The notes beneath the pieces are model-generated. The model was not told the origin of the DNA. It ran no database searches and saw only the letters and a list, made by a program, of their open reading frames with translations. Source: a virus (taxonomy: Duplodnaviria > Heunggongvirae > Uroviricota > Caudoviricetes). Taken from it: a stretch of DNA of 50,093 nt. Positions 8,689-18,687 of this stretch are shown piece by piece. The stretch spans positions 417,291 through 467,383 of the IMG/VR virus record IMGVR_UViG_3300021431_002946; one strand, written 5' to 3'. Position numbers and translations under genes: made by a program. The stretch's first letter is position 1. Every line of letters starts with the position of its first letter.

Positions 8689-9216
8689 ATGAATGAAAAA
8701 ATTTTAATTTGTGGCAGAAGTGGTTCAGGAAAAGATACTTTTGCAAAGTTACTTAAACAATTTGGATTAAAAGATGTATGCTCTTATACTACAAGACCTA
8801 GAAGAGATGGTGAAGGAGATACACATATATTTATTTCAGAAAATGAAGTAAATAAATATCCTAATAAGATTGCAATTACTGAAATAAATGGATATACATA
8901 TTTTGCAACTAAAGAACAGCTTGAGGAAGCAGATTATTATATTATTGATCCTAATGGAATTGACTATTTACATTCTCACTTTCCTGAAATTAAGTATAGA
9001 ATAGTATATATTTATGCTGATAGAAAGATTAGAAAGCAAAGAGCAATTGCTAGAGGTGGTAAAAAAGAAGGCAAGATCTTTGTTTCAAGAAATAAATCTG
9101 AAAATGCTCAATTTTCAAATTTTGAAAAGAATTTGTATAAGCAAAATGTAACAGTATTTGTTAATAATGAAGATAATATAGAAAATCTTAAGAATTTTGC
9201 AAAGATGTATTTGTAA
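8689..9216 (+). CDS. gmk: guanylate kinase-like protein
   Basis: GRSGSGKDT P-loop, SYTTRPRRDGEG..HIF, IDPNG. Confidence 0.8.
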   Translation: MNEKILICGRSGSGKDTFAKLLKQFGLKDVCSYTTRPRRDGEGDTHIFISENEVNKYPNKIAITEINGYTYFATKEQLEEADYYIIDPNGIDYLHSHFPEIKYRIVYIYADRKIRKQRAIARGGKKEGKIFVSRNKSENAQFSNFEKNLYKQNVTVFVNNEDNIENLKNFAKMYL

Positions 9217-9225
9217 GAGGTTAAT

Positions 9226-9408
9226 ATGACAGATAAAGAAACTTTAATGAGAATGTTCTCAAAATTAAATTTAAAGATGACTGAAACTCCATATACTTAT
9301 GATGAAACTTGGGCATTTTTGACAGTTTTTTCAGCTGATGGCAGCAATATTAATGGTCATTATATATTTAATACCGATGGTGAATTAGTTTTAGTTGGGT
9401 ATTGGTAA
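9226..9408 (+). CDS. hypothetical protein
   Basis: 60 aa, GAGG RBS. Confidence 0.65.
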   Translation: MTDKETLMRMFSKLNLKMTETPYTYDETWAFLTVFSADGSNINGHYIFNTDGELVLVGYW

Positions 9409-9424
9409 TTAAAGGAGAAAATAT

Positions 9425-9607
9425 ATGACAAACTTAAATTGGACTGATCTTGGAGCTATTGAACCTGGAATATTTGCAAAACATGAATGGGCTTGTAAAT
9501 ACTGTGGTCATAAAGAAATTTCTAGATTTGCACCAAAAGAATATTGTAATGAATGCGCAAAAAAGAAATTTGAACAATATGATCAGTTTAAAAATAAATT
9601 TAGATAA
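9425..9607 (+). CDS. small zinc-ribbon protein
   Basis: CKYC...CNEC, AAGGAG RBS. Confidence 0.7.
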   Translation: MTNLNWTDLGAIEPGIFAKHEWACKYCGHKEISRFAPKEYCNECAKKKFEQYDQFKNKFR

Positions 9608-9639
9608 ATAGAAAGATTTTTATATTAAGGACAAAGAAA

Positions 9640-10362
9640 ATGAAGATAATAGATAAGTATACAGATTTTTATGACTATCTGCAATATACAAATTCAGATG
9701 ATGTATTTACTCTTATAAGAGAAAACTCATATGATTTAACAAAAGCAAATATAGCAGAAAAGATAGGTTTCTGGGCACAATATAATCGTCCAGTCTTTTT
9801 GCTTATGCAAGTATGTAACAGATTTTGGCTCTTTAATGTTCAAACTACAGAAAAGTACGGAAAATGGGGTTATGATAGACATTATGAAATGACTGATGTA
9901 GAGTTGCTTGCAACTTGGGTTGATTATAATACTCCACATATGTCTTTCTTTAGTTTTTATGTAATAGAGTTTGATTGGGACATATCTTATTCATTTACTA
10001 CATATGAGTCTAACGATAAATATTATAAAACAAGATCTGTTGATTATGATAAGGTAAGAAACAAGATAGATATATTAAAGCAAGCAATACACAATAAGAA
10101 CTATGAAATAAAAGGTTCTTATAATTATACTGTTCCAGAGTATAACAATAACTATTTTGTTATGAAGAAGATGCCACTTATAAAGTCATCTGGTCTTATA
10201 CATCTCATAGATCCTGTAGATGTATATAATGCTATGGAAGAGTATTTCTCAAATGTTAAGATGCAGTCTGAAAGAACAGATGCTATTGGAACAACAAATA
10301 ATGATAAAATAAGAAATCATGGATTTGACGTAAAAACTTCATTTAGAAAGTCAAAGCCATAA
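9640..10362 (+). CDS. hypothetical protein (phage-type conserved termini)
   Basis: MKIIDKYTDFYDY... and ...DKIRNHGFDVKTSFRK. Confidence 0.75.
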   Translation: MKIIDKYTDFYDYLQYTNSDDVFTLIRENSYDLTKANIAEKIGFWAQYNRPVFLLMQVCNRFWLFNVQTTEKYGKWGYDRHYEMTDVELLATWVDYNTPHMSFFSFYVIEFDWDISYSFTTYESNDKYYKTRSVDYDKVRNKIDILKQAIHNKNYEIKGSYNYTVPEYNNNYFVMKKMPLIKSSGLIHLIDPVDVYNAMEEYFSNVKMQSERTDAIGTTNNDKIRNHGFDVKTSFRKSKP

Positions 10363-10475
10363 ATAATTTATTTAATATTATTAATTATTTGAAATTATGA
10401 TAAATAAATTTTTATTATAAAAAGATGATAAATATTATTTAAATGATAATGAAATAAAATATAAGGAGATTTAAA

Positions 10476-11900
10476 ATGATACGACCACTTATTGGAGGTG
10501 GCTGTAGTGAATGTAAAGCTACAGATGATAGAGTTGGCAGAGGTAGATGTAAACATCTTCTTTGCCAAAGTTCTTTTAATGCGCTAAAAACTCTTAATAT
10601 TATTCATGAAAGTGGTGGTGAAGCATATCTTGTTGGTGGTTGTGTTAGAGATATGGTTCTTAAAAAGAAACCTCATGATGAAGATATTACTACATCACTT
10701 ACTCCTGATCAAGTAATAAATCTTTTTGAAAGTAAAGGTTATTCTGTAATTCCTACAGGACTGCAGCATGGTACAGTTACAGTAATGATTGATGGAGAAG
10801 GATATGAAATAACTACATTTAGAAAAGATGGTGATTATTCAGATGGTAGACATCCAGATTCAGTTGAGTTTAGTACAAATGTAGAAGATGACTGTAGTAG
10901 AAGAGATTTTACTTTTAATGCTATGTATTTTGATGGTAAACAAATCATAGATACATATAATGGCCAAAAAGATATTGATGATAAAATAATTAGAACAGTT
11001 GGAAATCCTGATGAAAGATTTAATGAAGATGCACTTAGAATGATGAGAGCTATCAGATTTAGTTCAAAATTAGGTTTTGAAATATCTCCAGAAGTTATCC
11101 AGTCTATTAAGAAAAATAAAAAATTAATACGTAATATATCTTCAGAAAGAATTCAATCGGAGTTAACCAAGACGATTCAGGGACCAAATAGAAGATACGC
11201 GTTACAAGTTATGCAAAAAACAGGTTTAATGAAAGAAGTTTTACCTGAACTTGATAGATTAAAATCAGTAAAACAAAAGAGCAAATATCATTATGAGGAT
11301 GCATTTGAACATACAATGACAGTAATGGATAATTGTGATTCAGATGATGCTCAATTACAATTTGCTGCAATGTTTCATGATTTGGGAAAGGGTACTACTA
11401 AACAAGTAGATCCTGATGGAACTGAGCATTTCAAAGGTCATTCTATTGATTCTGCAAGACAAGCAGATGAAATATGCAGAAGATTAAAAATGTCAACTGC
11501 AGATAGAGAAACTATTGTTAAATTAGTTAAATATCATGATAAATTTGATATGGTAGATATGAAAAATTATAGAAGATCTGCAGCTAAATTTGTATATGAA
11601 CATCAAGATTTAACTGACGTAGAGTATCAAAAATTACAAAAATTATGGTTTGCAGATAGAAAAGCGCATATAAATGCAAATTATGAATCATTAATTAAGT
11701 ATACAACTGAATTAAATAAGATACTTGCAGGACCTCATAGAATAAGTGAACTTTCTGTTAAAGGTGATGATCTATTAAAATTAGGTTACAAAGGACCTCA
11801 AATTGGTAAAGCACAAAAGTTCTTATTAAAACAATCTCTTGCGAATAATACAAATGATAAAGATGAGTTAATTAAATTATTAAATGGTTTTAAAGAATAA
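10476..11900 (+). CDS. cca: CCA tRNA nucleotidyltransferase (class II) with HD domain and Cys/His N-terminal extension
   Basis: LVGGCVRD, DEDITT, EITTFRKD, RRDFTFNAM, RFNEDALRMMRA, ISSERI, AMFHDLGK. Confidence 0.92.
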   Translation: MIRPLIGGGCSECKATDDRVGRGRCKHLLCQSSFNALKTLNIIHESGGEAYLVGGCVRDMVLKKKPHDEDITTSLTPDQVINLFESKGYSVIPTGLQHGTVTVMIDGEGYEITTFRKDGDYSDGRHPDSVEFSTNVEDDCSRRDFTFNAMYFDGKQIIDTYNGQKDIDDKIIRTVGNPDERFNEDALRMMRAIRFSSKLGFEISPEVIQSIKKNKKLIRNISSERIQSELTKTIQGPNRRYALQVMQKTGLMKEVLPELDRLKSVKQKSKYHYEDAFEHTMTVMDNCDSDDAQLQFAAMFHDLGKGTTKQVDPDGTEHFKGHSIDSARQADEICRRLKMSTADRETIVKLVKYHDKFDMVDMKNYRRSAAKFVYEHQDLTDVEYQKLQKLWFADRKAHINANYESLIKYTTELNKILAGPHRISELSVKGDDLLKLGYKGPQIGKAQKFLLKQSLANNTNDKDELIKLLNGFKE

Positions 11901-11920
11901 AAGGTTATTTAATTATATAG
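11901..11920 (+). promoter_or_regulatory. element-specific motif copy (variant)
   Basis: AAGGTTATTTAATTATATAG. Confidence 0.5.
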
Positions 11921-11933
11921 AATGGAAGAGCAC

Positions 11934-11966
11934 AATACCTAGATATATTTTATCTAGGTATTTTTA
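11934..11966 (+). terminator. intrinsic terminator
   Basis: AATACCTAGATA/TATCTAGGTATT stem plus T tract. Confidence 0.75.
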
Positions 11967-11987
11967 ATAATGAAAGGAATTTATATT

Positions 11988-12167
11988 ATGTTAGAGCTTG
12001 ATAAACTTTTATTGAATACACCTTATGAAAAATCTGATTTTTCTGAGGAACAAATTAAAGAAATGGAACTTGGATTAAAACAAAATAGTACAATTGATTA
12101 TTGTAATCCACTTATTCCAGTAGAAGAAATGAAAAAATTAAGAGGACCTGCAAAGATTAAATTTTAA
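11988..12167 (+). CDS. small helical-repeat protein
   Basis: AAAGGA RBS favours start 11988; FSEEQIKEMELGL..YCNP..EEMKKLR resembles N-terminal repeats of next gene. Confidence 0.6.
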   Translation: MLELDKLLLNTPYEKSDFSEEQIKEMELGLKQNSTIDYCNPLIPVEEMKKLRGPAKIKF

Positions 12168-12182
12168 TTAAAGGAGAACTAT

Positions 12183-14483
12183 ATGAACAAAATTGAGCTA
12201 ATTTTAGCAGATTCAACTTATGCAGTTGAACAATTTAATAATGAACAGATTGCTACATTAAATGAAATGATAGATAATAAGATTTCAACTGAACAAATAG
12301 CAATTATTGCACATCCAAGTGTAAATGAATTATCTTACAGTGTATTATTTGATTATTTATCAAAAGGTCATTCTATTACATCTCAAGAATATCAAAAATA
12401 CCTTAATATAGATGCATCTCGTATTAATGATATTATTGTAAATGTTTATTTAGGTAAACTTCATGGTTTATCTGAAGAACAAATTAATTTATATGCAAGA
12501 AGAGATGTTTTTAATATTAAAGTTGCAAGATTATTAGTTGAAAAATCTAAAGACGCTTCAACAGATCAACTAAACCAAATAGTAAATGGTAGATTTGGCA
12601 CAAAATCTATAGTTGGTAAACAAGCTATTCAAGATTATTTAAATAATGATTTATCATTAGAAAAATTATTATCTTTAACTGCATGTAATGAACTTACGCA
12701 AGATAATTATGAATATATTAAAAATGCAGATAGTAGAGTATTATCTATAATTAAAGATTTTTATACTCACTTTAATAATAATACAGATAATTTAGTGTAT
12801 AATTATTATGTACAACAGTCTATTCAAATAGATAATAATAATACTTGTGTTACAAATAACATTAAAATAGGTAAAGAGATATTAAATAAAACTATTCATT
12901 TTGATAGTTTAGATACATATAATAAATTTTATACTATGTATAAAATAATTGCAGACTCTGATTCAGATTACCAGAAATATTTACCAAAGTTATTTGAATT
13001 TTATAATTACAATTTTATATCAAATAATCCTTTTATAAAACTAGTAAATATGAAAGATACTGGAATATATTATTTATACAGTAATGATATTAAAATACAA
13101 GAAAATATTTATAATATATTATATTGTTATTATACTAAAAATAAATATATAAATTGGAGTAAAGATATTGCATATTGTGATGAATTTGAAGATTTAGATG
13201 ATTATCTTACTACATTTATAAATACGCATGGTTTTAAAGATTATATTGAAGCAAAATGGGTAAATAAATTAACTGAAAATGGAATGAATATTATTAAAAA
13301 AGGTTTAAATTTATTAGATTATTTATTTGATTTATATAAAACTAAAAAAGATAAAGAAACTGAAATTCCATATTTAAAAGAACATTTAGAGAATATTACA
13401 GATAAATATATATCAGAAGTTATCTATATGAAAGAAAATAAATGTACTAATGATGAAATTCATTTATTTATTGAAAAATATTTATCTAATTATAAATTTA
13501 CACCAACAATATATTTTGATAAAGAAAATGAATATCAAAAAGATTGGTCTATTTCTGAATTTTTATCATTTGAAAATAGCGCAATAACTTTAGATAATTT
13601 ATCTAAATTAAAAAAAGCTAAACTCACAAGTGAAGAAATTAAATATATAGTAGAAAATAACTTAAAACTAGATGATTATTCAATTCAAAAAGATTTAATT
13701 AAACTTTGTATGGAAAATAAATGGACTGATAAATATATCACATATGATGATACAGATACAGAAAAAATTCTTAATAATTATAAATTTTTAAAAACACATT
13801 TTAAAAATAAACCAAAATGTATTGAATATCTCACTTTTTTTGTGAATAAAAAAGATAAATATATAGAAGAGCATTTATTAAAAAATATAAGTAATTTTGA
13901 TGATGAAACTATGTATAAAATAGTATTAGAGTCTTCTAACTTTATAAACTTTGCATTAAAATTAAGTCCAATTATTACAGATTTACATAAATTAAATAGT
14001 ATTTGTGCAGATATTTGTTATAATTCATCTGCTGATGCGATAAAGAATTTTAATATGCAAGATGAAAAAGTTACTGCAGATGTAATAGTTAAATTTTGCA
14101 AAAAAGAAAATATTGCAGTACCACAAGAAATAGCAGAATTATTACCTGCAAATATGGATTCAGTAATTGAAAAATCTGTAGATTATTTTGGTTCAAGTAA
14201 GAACTTTAAACCTATTAAATATGATGATGAAACTATATATGTAGATATTATAGGTAATAAAGCGCTTAAAGGTAGTCATATTATTACATTTAATAAAGAA
14301 AATGAAGGATATGAGTATATTTTTGAAATTGCTCATGAAGATGATACTTTAAATTATTCTGCAAAAATTACTACTAAAAAAGATGTAATAGACGCAATTA
14401 ACAAATCTATTGCACTTATAGAAAATATTGATGAGTATAAAGAATATGCATCAGAATTACAAGAAATGTTAAAAACAATTTAA
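12183..14483 (+). CDS. large hypothetical protein
   Basis: 766 aa ORF, AAGGAG RBS; N-terminal ..EQI..YA.. repeats. Confidence 0.85.
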   Translation: MNKIELILADSTYAVEQFNNEQIATLNEMIDNKISTEQIAIIAHPSVNELSYSVLFDYLSKGHSITSQEYQKYLNIDASRINDIIVNVYLGKLHGLSEEQINLYARRDVFNIKVARLLVEKSKDASTDQLNQIVNGRFGTKSIVGKQAIQDYLNNDLSLEKLLSLTACNELTQDNYEYIKNADSRVLSIIKDFYTHFNNNTDNLVYNYYVQQSIQIDNNNTCVTNNIKIGKEILNKTIHFDSLDTYNKFYTMYKIIADSDSDYQKYLPKLFEFYNYNFISNNPFIKLVNMKDTGIYYLYSNDIKIQENIYNILYCYYTKNKYINWSKDIAYCDEFEDLDDYLTTFINTHGFKDYIEAKWVNKLTENGMNIIKKGLNLLDYLFDLYKTKKDKETEIPYLKEHLENITDKYISEVIYMKENKCTNDEIHLFIEKYLSNYKFTPTIYFDKENEYQKDWSISEFLSFENSAITLDNLSKLKKAKLTSEEIKYIVENNLKLDDYSIQKDLIKLCMENKWTDKYITYDDTDTEKILNNYKFLKTHFKNKPKCIEYLTFFVNKKDKYIEEHLLKNISNFDDETMYKIVLESSNFINFALKLSPIITDLHKLNSICADICYNSSADAIKNFNMQDEKVTADVIVKFCKKENIAVPQEIAELLPANMDSVIEKSVDYFGSSKNFKPIKYDDETIYVDIIGNKALKGSHIITFNKENEGYEYIFEIAHEDDTLNYSAKITTKKDVIDAINKSIALIENIDEYKEYASELQEMLKTI

Positions 14484-14488
14484 ATAAT

Positions 14489-14517
14489 GAGGCTAACAAA
14501 TATGTTAGCCTCTTTTT
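14489..14517 (+). terminator. intrinsic terminator
   Basis: GAGGCTAACA/TGTTAGCCTC plus T tract. Confidence 0.75.
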
Positions 14518-14531
14518 ATATGAGGTAAGAT

Positions 14532-14855
14532 ATGACAATAAAAGAAGTTAAAGATGTAATTAAAAAACTTAAAAGAGAGTCAGTCATTTGTTTTATTAAA
14601 GAACCTATTAAATTACCAGAAAAAATTTATATGGATGATAAAGAATATTTAACATCTAAATTAGAGCAATCAAATAATGGTATAAAAGATGGATATTTAT
14701 TAAAAGGAACTCAATGTCTTGTAATTGATCATCCAAGTTTAGAAGATAATGAAATTGAAATATCTTTTTTCTTTTGTACATATTGTTCAATTAAATCAGA
14801 TGATGATATTTTTGATCTTTGGGATTTTCATATACAAGAATTAGATAATTTATAA
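14532..14855 (+). CDS. hypothetical protein
   Basis: 107 aa, GAGGT RBS. Confidence 0.7.
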   Translation: MTIKEVKDVIKKLKRESVICFIKEPIKLPEKIYMDDKEYLTSKLEQSNNGIKDGYLLKGTQCLVIDHPSLEDNEIEISFFFCTYCSIKSDDDIFDLWDFHIQELDNL

Positions 14856-14859
14856 GTAT

Positions 14860-14922
14860 TTTACATTTGTAAATAAGTTTATTATAATAATTAAATTCTA
14901 TTAAGGACTATTTAATTATATA
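14860..14922 (+). promoter_or_regulatory. tandem sigmaA-like promoter and element-specific motif
   Basis: TTTACA(14860)-N17-TATAAT(14883) then GGACTATTTAATTATATA (core 14908). Confidence 0.65.
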
Positions 14923-14949
14923 TATATTAAAGAAAGGAAATTATTTAAT

Positions 14950-15690
14950 ATGAATAAAGGAGTTAAGATTGGAACTGTAATTGTACTTTTTGTAGTATTT
15001 TTGATTACAGCTATTGTAGTGGCTCCCAGCAAATCAAATAATATACAAGAGACTTATGAATATGTTTCAAATATTCCTAATGCCGCAATGAAGACACCTA
15101 TTGTTAAGGAATCTGAAGAAACTGAAACGTCTGAAACAACAGAAGAAAATGATTATGAAATAGCTAGTGATTTTATACCATTTCCAACTGAAAAAGCAAA
15201 AGAAAAGAAAATAAATATAATGAAATTATCTGAAAAACAGATGAAGAAATTAACTCTTAATCAAAAGGCAAAAGCAGTTGGACTTTCAGTAAAAGCATTT
15301 AAAAATATGACTAGTGTAATTAATCATGAAGCTGGAACTCAAATGGAAGATAAGATCTTAGTTGCAGCTGTTATTTGGAATAGAGTTCGTTGTGAAAAGT
15401 TTCCAAATTCAGTAAATAAAGTAATTAATCAATCTGGACAGTTTTATGATATTAAAAAGGATAAATCTGGTTCTTGGGAAGATAAAAAAGCTCAACTTGC
15501 AATATTGATTGCATATAAGAGATTAAAGAAAAAGCAAATACCTCATAATTTGTTATTCTTTAATAGTATCAGTTATAATACAAAGAATAAGAGAAGATAT
15601 AAGCCTTATAAGCATTATGGTAATTATTTCCTTAAGGACTCTTATTGCTGGTGTGATTGGTGTAAGAAAACGCAGATAAAAGGTATGTAA
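14950..15690 (+). CDS. membrane-anchored SleB-type cell wall hydrolase (Hydrolase_2)
   Basis: N-terminal TM; INHEAG..ILVAAVIWNRV..FPNSV..VINQSGQF. Confidence 0.82.
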   Translation: MNKGVKIGTVIVLFVVFLITAIVVAPSKSNNIQETYEYVSNIPNAAMKTPIVKESEETETSETTEENDYEIASDFIPFPTEKAKEKKINIMKLSEKQMKKLTLNQKAKAVGLSVKAFKNMTSVINHEAGTQMEDKILVAAVIWNRVRCEKFPNSVNKVINQSGQFYDIKKDKSGSWEDKKAQLAILIAYKRLKKKQIPHNLLFFNSISYNTKNKRRYKPYKHYGNYFLKDSYCWCDWCKKTQIKGM

Positions 15691-15712
15691 TTTAGGTTAT
15701 TCCATTCAAGGA

Positions 15713-15822
15713 TGAGTTTTATGATAAACTCAGTTTAATTCCTCCGTATTTTACGGAGGTTTTTCACGCAAACTTTTAGGTCAATTTAGACTCAGTTTGA
15801 AGTCTCCATTTTTATGGAGGTT
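15713..15822. repeat. two imperfect ACTCAGTTT + CTCC/GGAGG hairpin units (62 bp period)
   Basis: ACTCAGTTT at 15728 and 15790; stems CCTCCGTA/TACGGAGG and CTCCAT/ATGGAG; extra TGAGTTT/AAACTCA stem. Confidence 0.65.
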
Positions 15823-15892
15823 AATTTTTTATTTACAAAAGTTGTAAAATATGATATAACATTATATATATAATAAGGAGGTAAAGGCAAAT

Positions 15893-16663
15893 ATGAAACT
15901 TATTGAATCTTATAATACAGATGAATCATTTTTATATGATAAGACTTATATTTTCATAAAAGGTTATGCAACTGCACTTAATCTTAATTATACTTTAAAA
16001 GCTTTACCGCTTGTCAGAAAATTTCATAATGGACAATATAGAAAAGGTGAAGTAGTTGTTGATGGTAAAACATATAAGTTACCATATGTTCTTCATGTAT
16101 TAAAAGTATGTTCTACTTTAATATCATTACATTTACCTTTATCAAATGAAGACTTAGATATATTGTTAGCTTCAGCATTATTACATGATAGTTTAGAAGA
16201 TTGTAAAGAATATTTTCCAACTGGAGATACTGATTTGATGACAGTATATAATTTTCCTAAGCAAATATATAATAATGTTGTATTAGTTAGTAAGCGTGAA
16301 GGTGCAACAGAAGAAGAGTTAGATGAATATTTTAATAAGATTAAGAAAAATAAATTTGCTTTAATGATAAAACTTGCAGATAGATCTCATAATGTAGAAG
16401 ATCTTCATGTAATGAAACCAGATAAACTTCATAAGTATGTTCAAGAAACTAGAGAATGGATATATCCATTAACAACTTATGGAAAAGCAAATTATCCTGA
16501 ATTCAGTAATGGATTTACAATTCTTAAAGCAAAAATTGTATCATTAACTGAATGCACTGAGACAATTATCAGTATTTATGAAAAAGAAATTGAAAGTCTT
16601 AAAGAACAACTTAAAGCAAAAGATAAAGAAATAACAGATCTTAAAAAGAATAAAGGAAAATAA
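15893..16663 (+). CDS. RelA/SpoT-type HD hydrolase (small alarmone hydrolase-like)
   Basis: HNGQYRK, PYVLH, ALLHDSLED, IKLADRSHN; no synthetase domain; promoter TTTACA-N17-TATAAC at 15832-15860. Confidence 0.82.
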   Translation: MKLIESYNTDESFLYDKTYIFIKGYATALNLNYTLKALPLVRKFHNGQYRKGEVVVDGKTYKLPYVLHVLKVCSTLISLHLPLSNEDLDILLASALLHDSLEDCKEYFPTGDTDLMTVYNFPKQIYNNVVLVSKREGATEEELDEYFNKIKKNKFALMIKLADRSHNVEDLHVMKPDKLHKYVQETREWIYPLTTYGKANYPEFSNGFTILKAKIVSLTECTETIISIYEKEIESLKEQLKAKDKEITDLKKNKGK

Positions 16664-17458
16664 ATGAAATTTAATAATTCTAACTATAAAGTATATTTAG
16701 AAAGAATGGATAAGTCTGCAGCTGTTTCTAGTAAAGGACTTATTCTTAAATATGTAAAAGGTAGAGTATTAGACGTTGGATGCGGAAGTGGTGTGCTTCT
16801 TAGACAATTAGATAATGCAAAAGGAATTGATCTAAATATAAATGCAGTAGAAGAATGTATTAAACAAAGATTAGATGCAGAATGTATTTCTTTGTTTGAT
16901 TTAACTGAGAAATTTGATACAATTATCTTTTCGTCTGTATTGCATGAGTTTAGTTCTTATGCAGATAGTGGTAGATTTGGTAAAAAGCCTATTGAAGCTG
17001 CATTATTACAGGCAAGAAATAATTTAGATTATAATGGAAGAATAATTATTAGAGATGGAGTTGCTGGAGATACATATCCTATTATTGTAACTGCTAAATC
17101 AATAGAAGTAGTAGAAGCATTTAAAAAATATATTATAGATGCTCCAATGTGGGATAAAAATGTAAAAGTTAATATAGATAATCTTAAGATAACTGCTCCA
17201 TTTAATATATTAAAAGAATTTATGTTTACTTATACTTGGGGTCCTGAAAGTTATCCTCGAGAAGTAAATGAAAAATTTGGTATTCTTAGACCAGGTTCTT
17301 GGGTAAACCTTATTGAATCTTGTGGTTATAAAATAGATTATATTCAGTATTTTCCTGAAGAATATGAAAAATACTTATCTAAATATTTTGAAGATGACGA
17401 AGTTCTAAATATGATATTCAAAAGGTCAGTAGTACTTATAGTTGCTACTAAAATATAA
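16664..17458 (+). CDS. class I SAM-dependent methyltransferase
   Basis: VLDVGCGSG, GIDL, FSSVLHE, GRIIIRDG. Confidence 0.88.
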   Translation: MKFNNSNYKVYLERMDKSAAVSSKGLILKYVKGRVLDVGCGSGVLLRQLDNAKGIDLNINAVEECIKQRLDAECISLFDLTEKFDTIIFSSVLHEFSSYADSGRFGKKPIEAALLQARNNLDYNGRIIIRDGVAGDTYPIIVTAKSIEVVEAFKKYIIDAPMWDKNVKVNIDNLKITAPFNILKEFMFTYTWGPESYPREVNEKFGILRPGSWVNLIESCGYKIDYIQYFPEEYEKYLSKYFEDDEVLNMIFKRSVVLIVATKI

Positions 17459-17486
17459 AGACTTAGTTCATTCTAAGTCTTTTTTA
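17457..17486 (+). terminator. intrinsic terminator
   Basis: AAAGACTTAG/CTAAGTCTTT plus T tract. Confidence 0.75.
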
Positions 17487-17499
17487 TTTAAAAAAGTTA

Positions 17500-17528
17500 T
17501 TTACAAATATATTATTATTTGATATAAT
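17500..17528 (+). promoter_or_regulatory. sigmaA-like promoter of ligA C-half
   Basis: TTTACA-N17-TATAAT with extended TG. Confidence 0.7.
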
Positions 17529-17556
17529 ATTTTTATAAAATTAAGGAGATTACTAT

Positions 17557-18345
17557 ATGTTAACAATTCCTACAGTTTGTCCTATATGCGGAGCACCTAC
17601 ATCAATTGAAAAGAAGCATGAGACAGAAGTACTTGTATGTACAAATCTTAATTGTGGTGCAAGAGTTGAAGGTAAGATTTTGCAGTTCATTGGTCCTCAT
17701 GGTCTTGATATTGAATCAATGTCTACAGCAACAGTAAGAGACCTTATTAAACTTGGTTGGCTTACAAGAATGGCAGATATATTTACACTTAAGAACCATA
17801 GAACTGAGTGGATTACTCTTAAGGGATATGGTGAAAATTCTGTTGATAAAATCCTTGATGGTATTCCTACATCACTTGAGCTTTGGAAAGTTATTGCTTC
17901 TGCAGGTATTCCTAATGTTGAGAAGCAGACAGCAAAGCTTCTTGCAGATCATTTTGTAACTTGGGATGCATTTAGAAATGCAATTGATACAAGATATGAT
18001 CTTACAAAACTGAATGGTATTGGAGCATTGACTGCAAATACAATTCTTAACTTTGATTATACAGAAATTGATGATGTAATGAATTATATCACAATCAAGC
18101 AGCCTGTAGTTGGAGGTAAGCTTGACAATAAGAGCTTCTGCATTACAGGTAAGCTCAATAACTTTAGTAATAGAGATGAACTTGTAAAGCTTATTGAAGC
18201 TAATGGTGGTAAGATTGCTTCTGTTGGTAAGGGACTTGATTACCTCATTTGTAATGATACAAACTCTACTTCAGGTAAGTCTAAGAAAGCTAAGGATCTT
18301 GGAATTGCGGTTATCACAGAAGATGACTTCATGAAGATGATCTAA
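17557..18345 (+). CDS. ligA: NAD-dependent DNA ligase, C-terminal half (Zn finger, HhH, BRCT)
   Basis: IPTVCPICG..LVCTNLNC; GLDIESMS; LKGYGENS; GIPNV; LNGIGALTA; FCITGKL..RDEL..IEANGG..SGKSKKAKDLGI. Confidence 0.92.
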   Translation: MLTIPTVCPICGAPTSIEKKHETEVLVCTNLNCGARVEGKILQFIGPHGLDIESMSTATVRDLIKLGWLTRMADIFTLKNHRTEWITLKGYGENSVDKILDGIPTSLELWKVIASAGIPNVEKQTAKLLADHFVTWDAFRNAIDTRYDLTKLNGIGALTANTILNFDYTEIDDVMNYITIKQPVVGGKLDNKSFCITGKLNNFSNRDELVKLIEANGGKIASVGKGLDYLICNDTNSTSGKSKKAKDLGIAVITEDDFMKMI

Positions 18346-18354
18346 GGAGCATAT

Positions 18355-18681
18355 ATGTATACAATATATTCAATTTGTATAATAGCAGTATTTATTTTTG
18401 GTGTAGTACTTATAGCATCTCTAATTATAGAATGTATTAGAAATTCAGATATAGCTTTGAAAGTTATGATTATTTCTATAATACTTTTGATTATTGCTGG
18501 TATTGGTGGCTTTGCAATTGAGGGTAAAGCAAAGAGCGAAGTGGTCAATAAGTATATAAATCAAGGTTATACGTTATATGTAAATGGTGTTAAAGTAGAT
18601 CCTGATAATGTATATGTTAAATATTATAAAATTCATATTGATAATAAACAGCATAAGATACTTGCTGTATCTAGAGTGTAA
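18355..18681 (+). CDS. two-TM membrane protein
   Basis: AAGGAG RBS, hydrophobic N-terminal half. Confidence 0.75.
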   Translation: MYTIYSICIIAVFIFGVVLIASLIIECIRNSDIALKVMIISIILLIIAGIGGFAIEGKAKSEVVNKYINQGYTLYVNGVKVDPDNVYVKYYKIHIDNKQHKILAVSRV

Positions 18682-18687
18682 ACTAAA

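Noticed and set aside
2747-17557. Intron or split intein rejoining ligA
   Set aside because: No intein terminal motifs, no group I/II features seen, and the C-half has its own promoter and RBS
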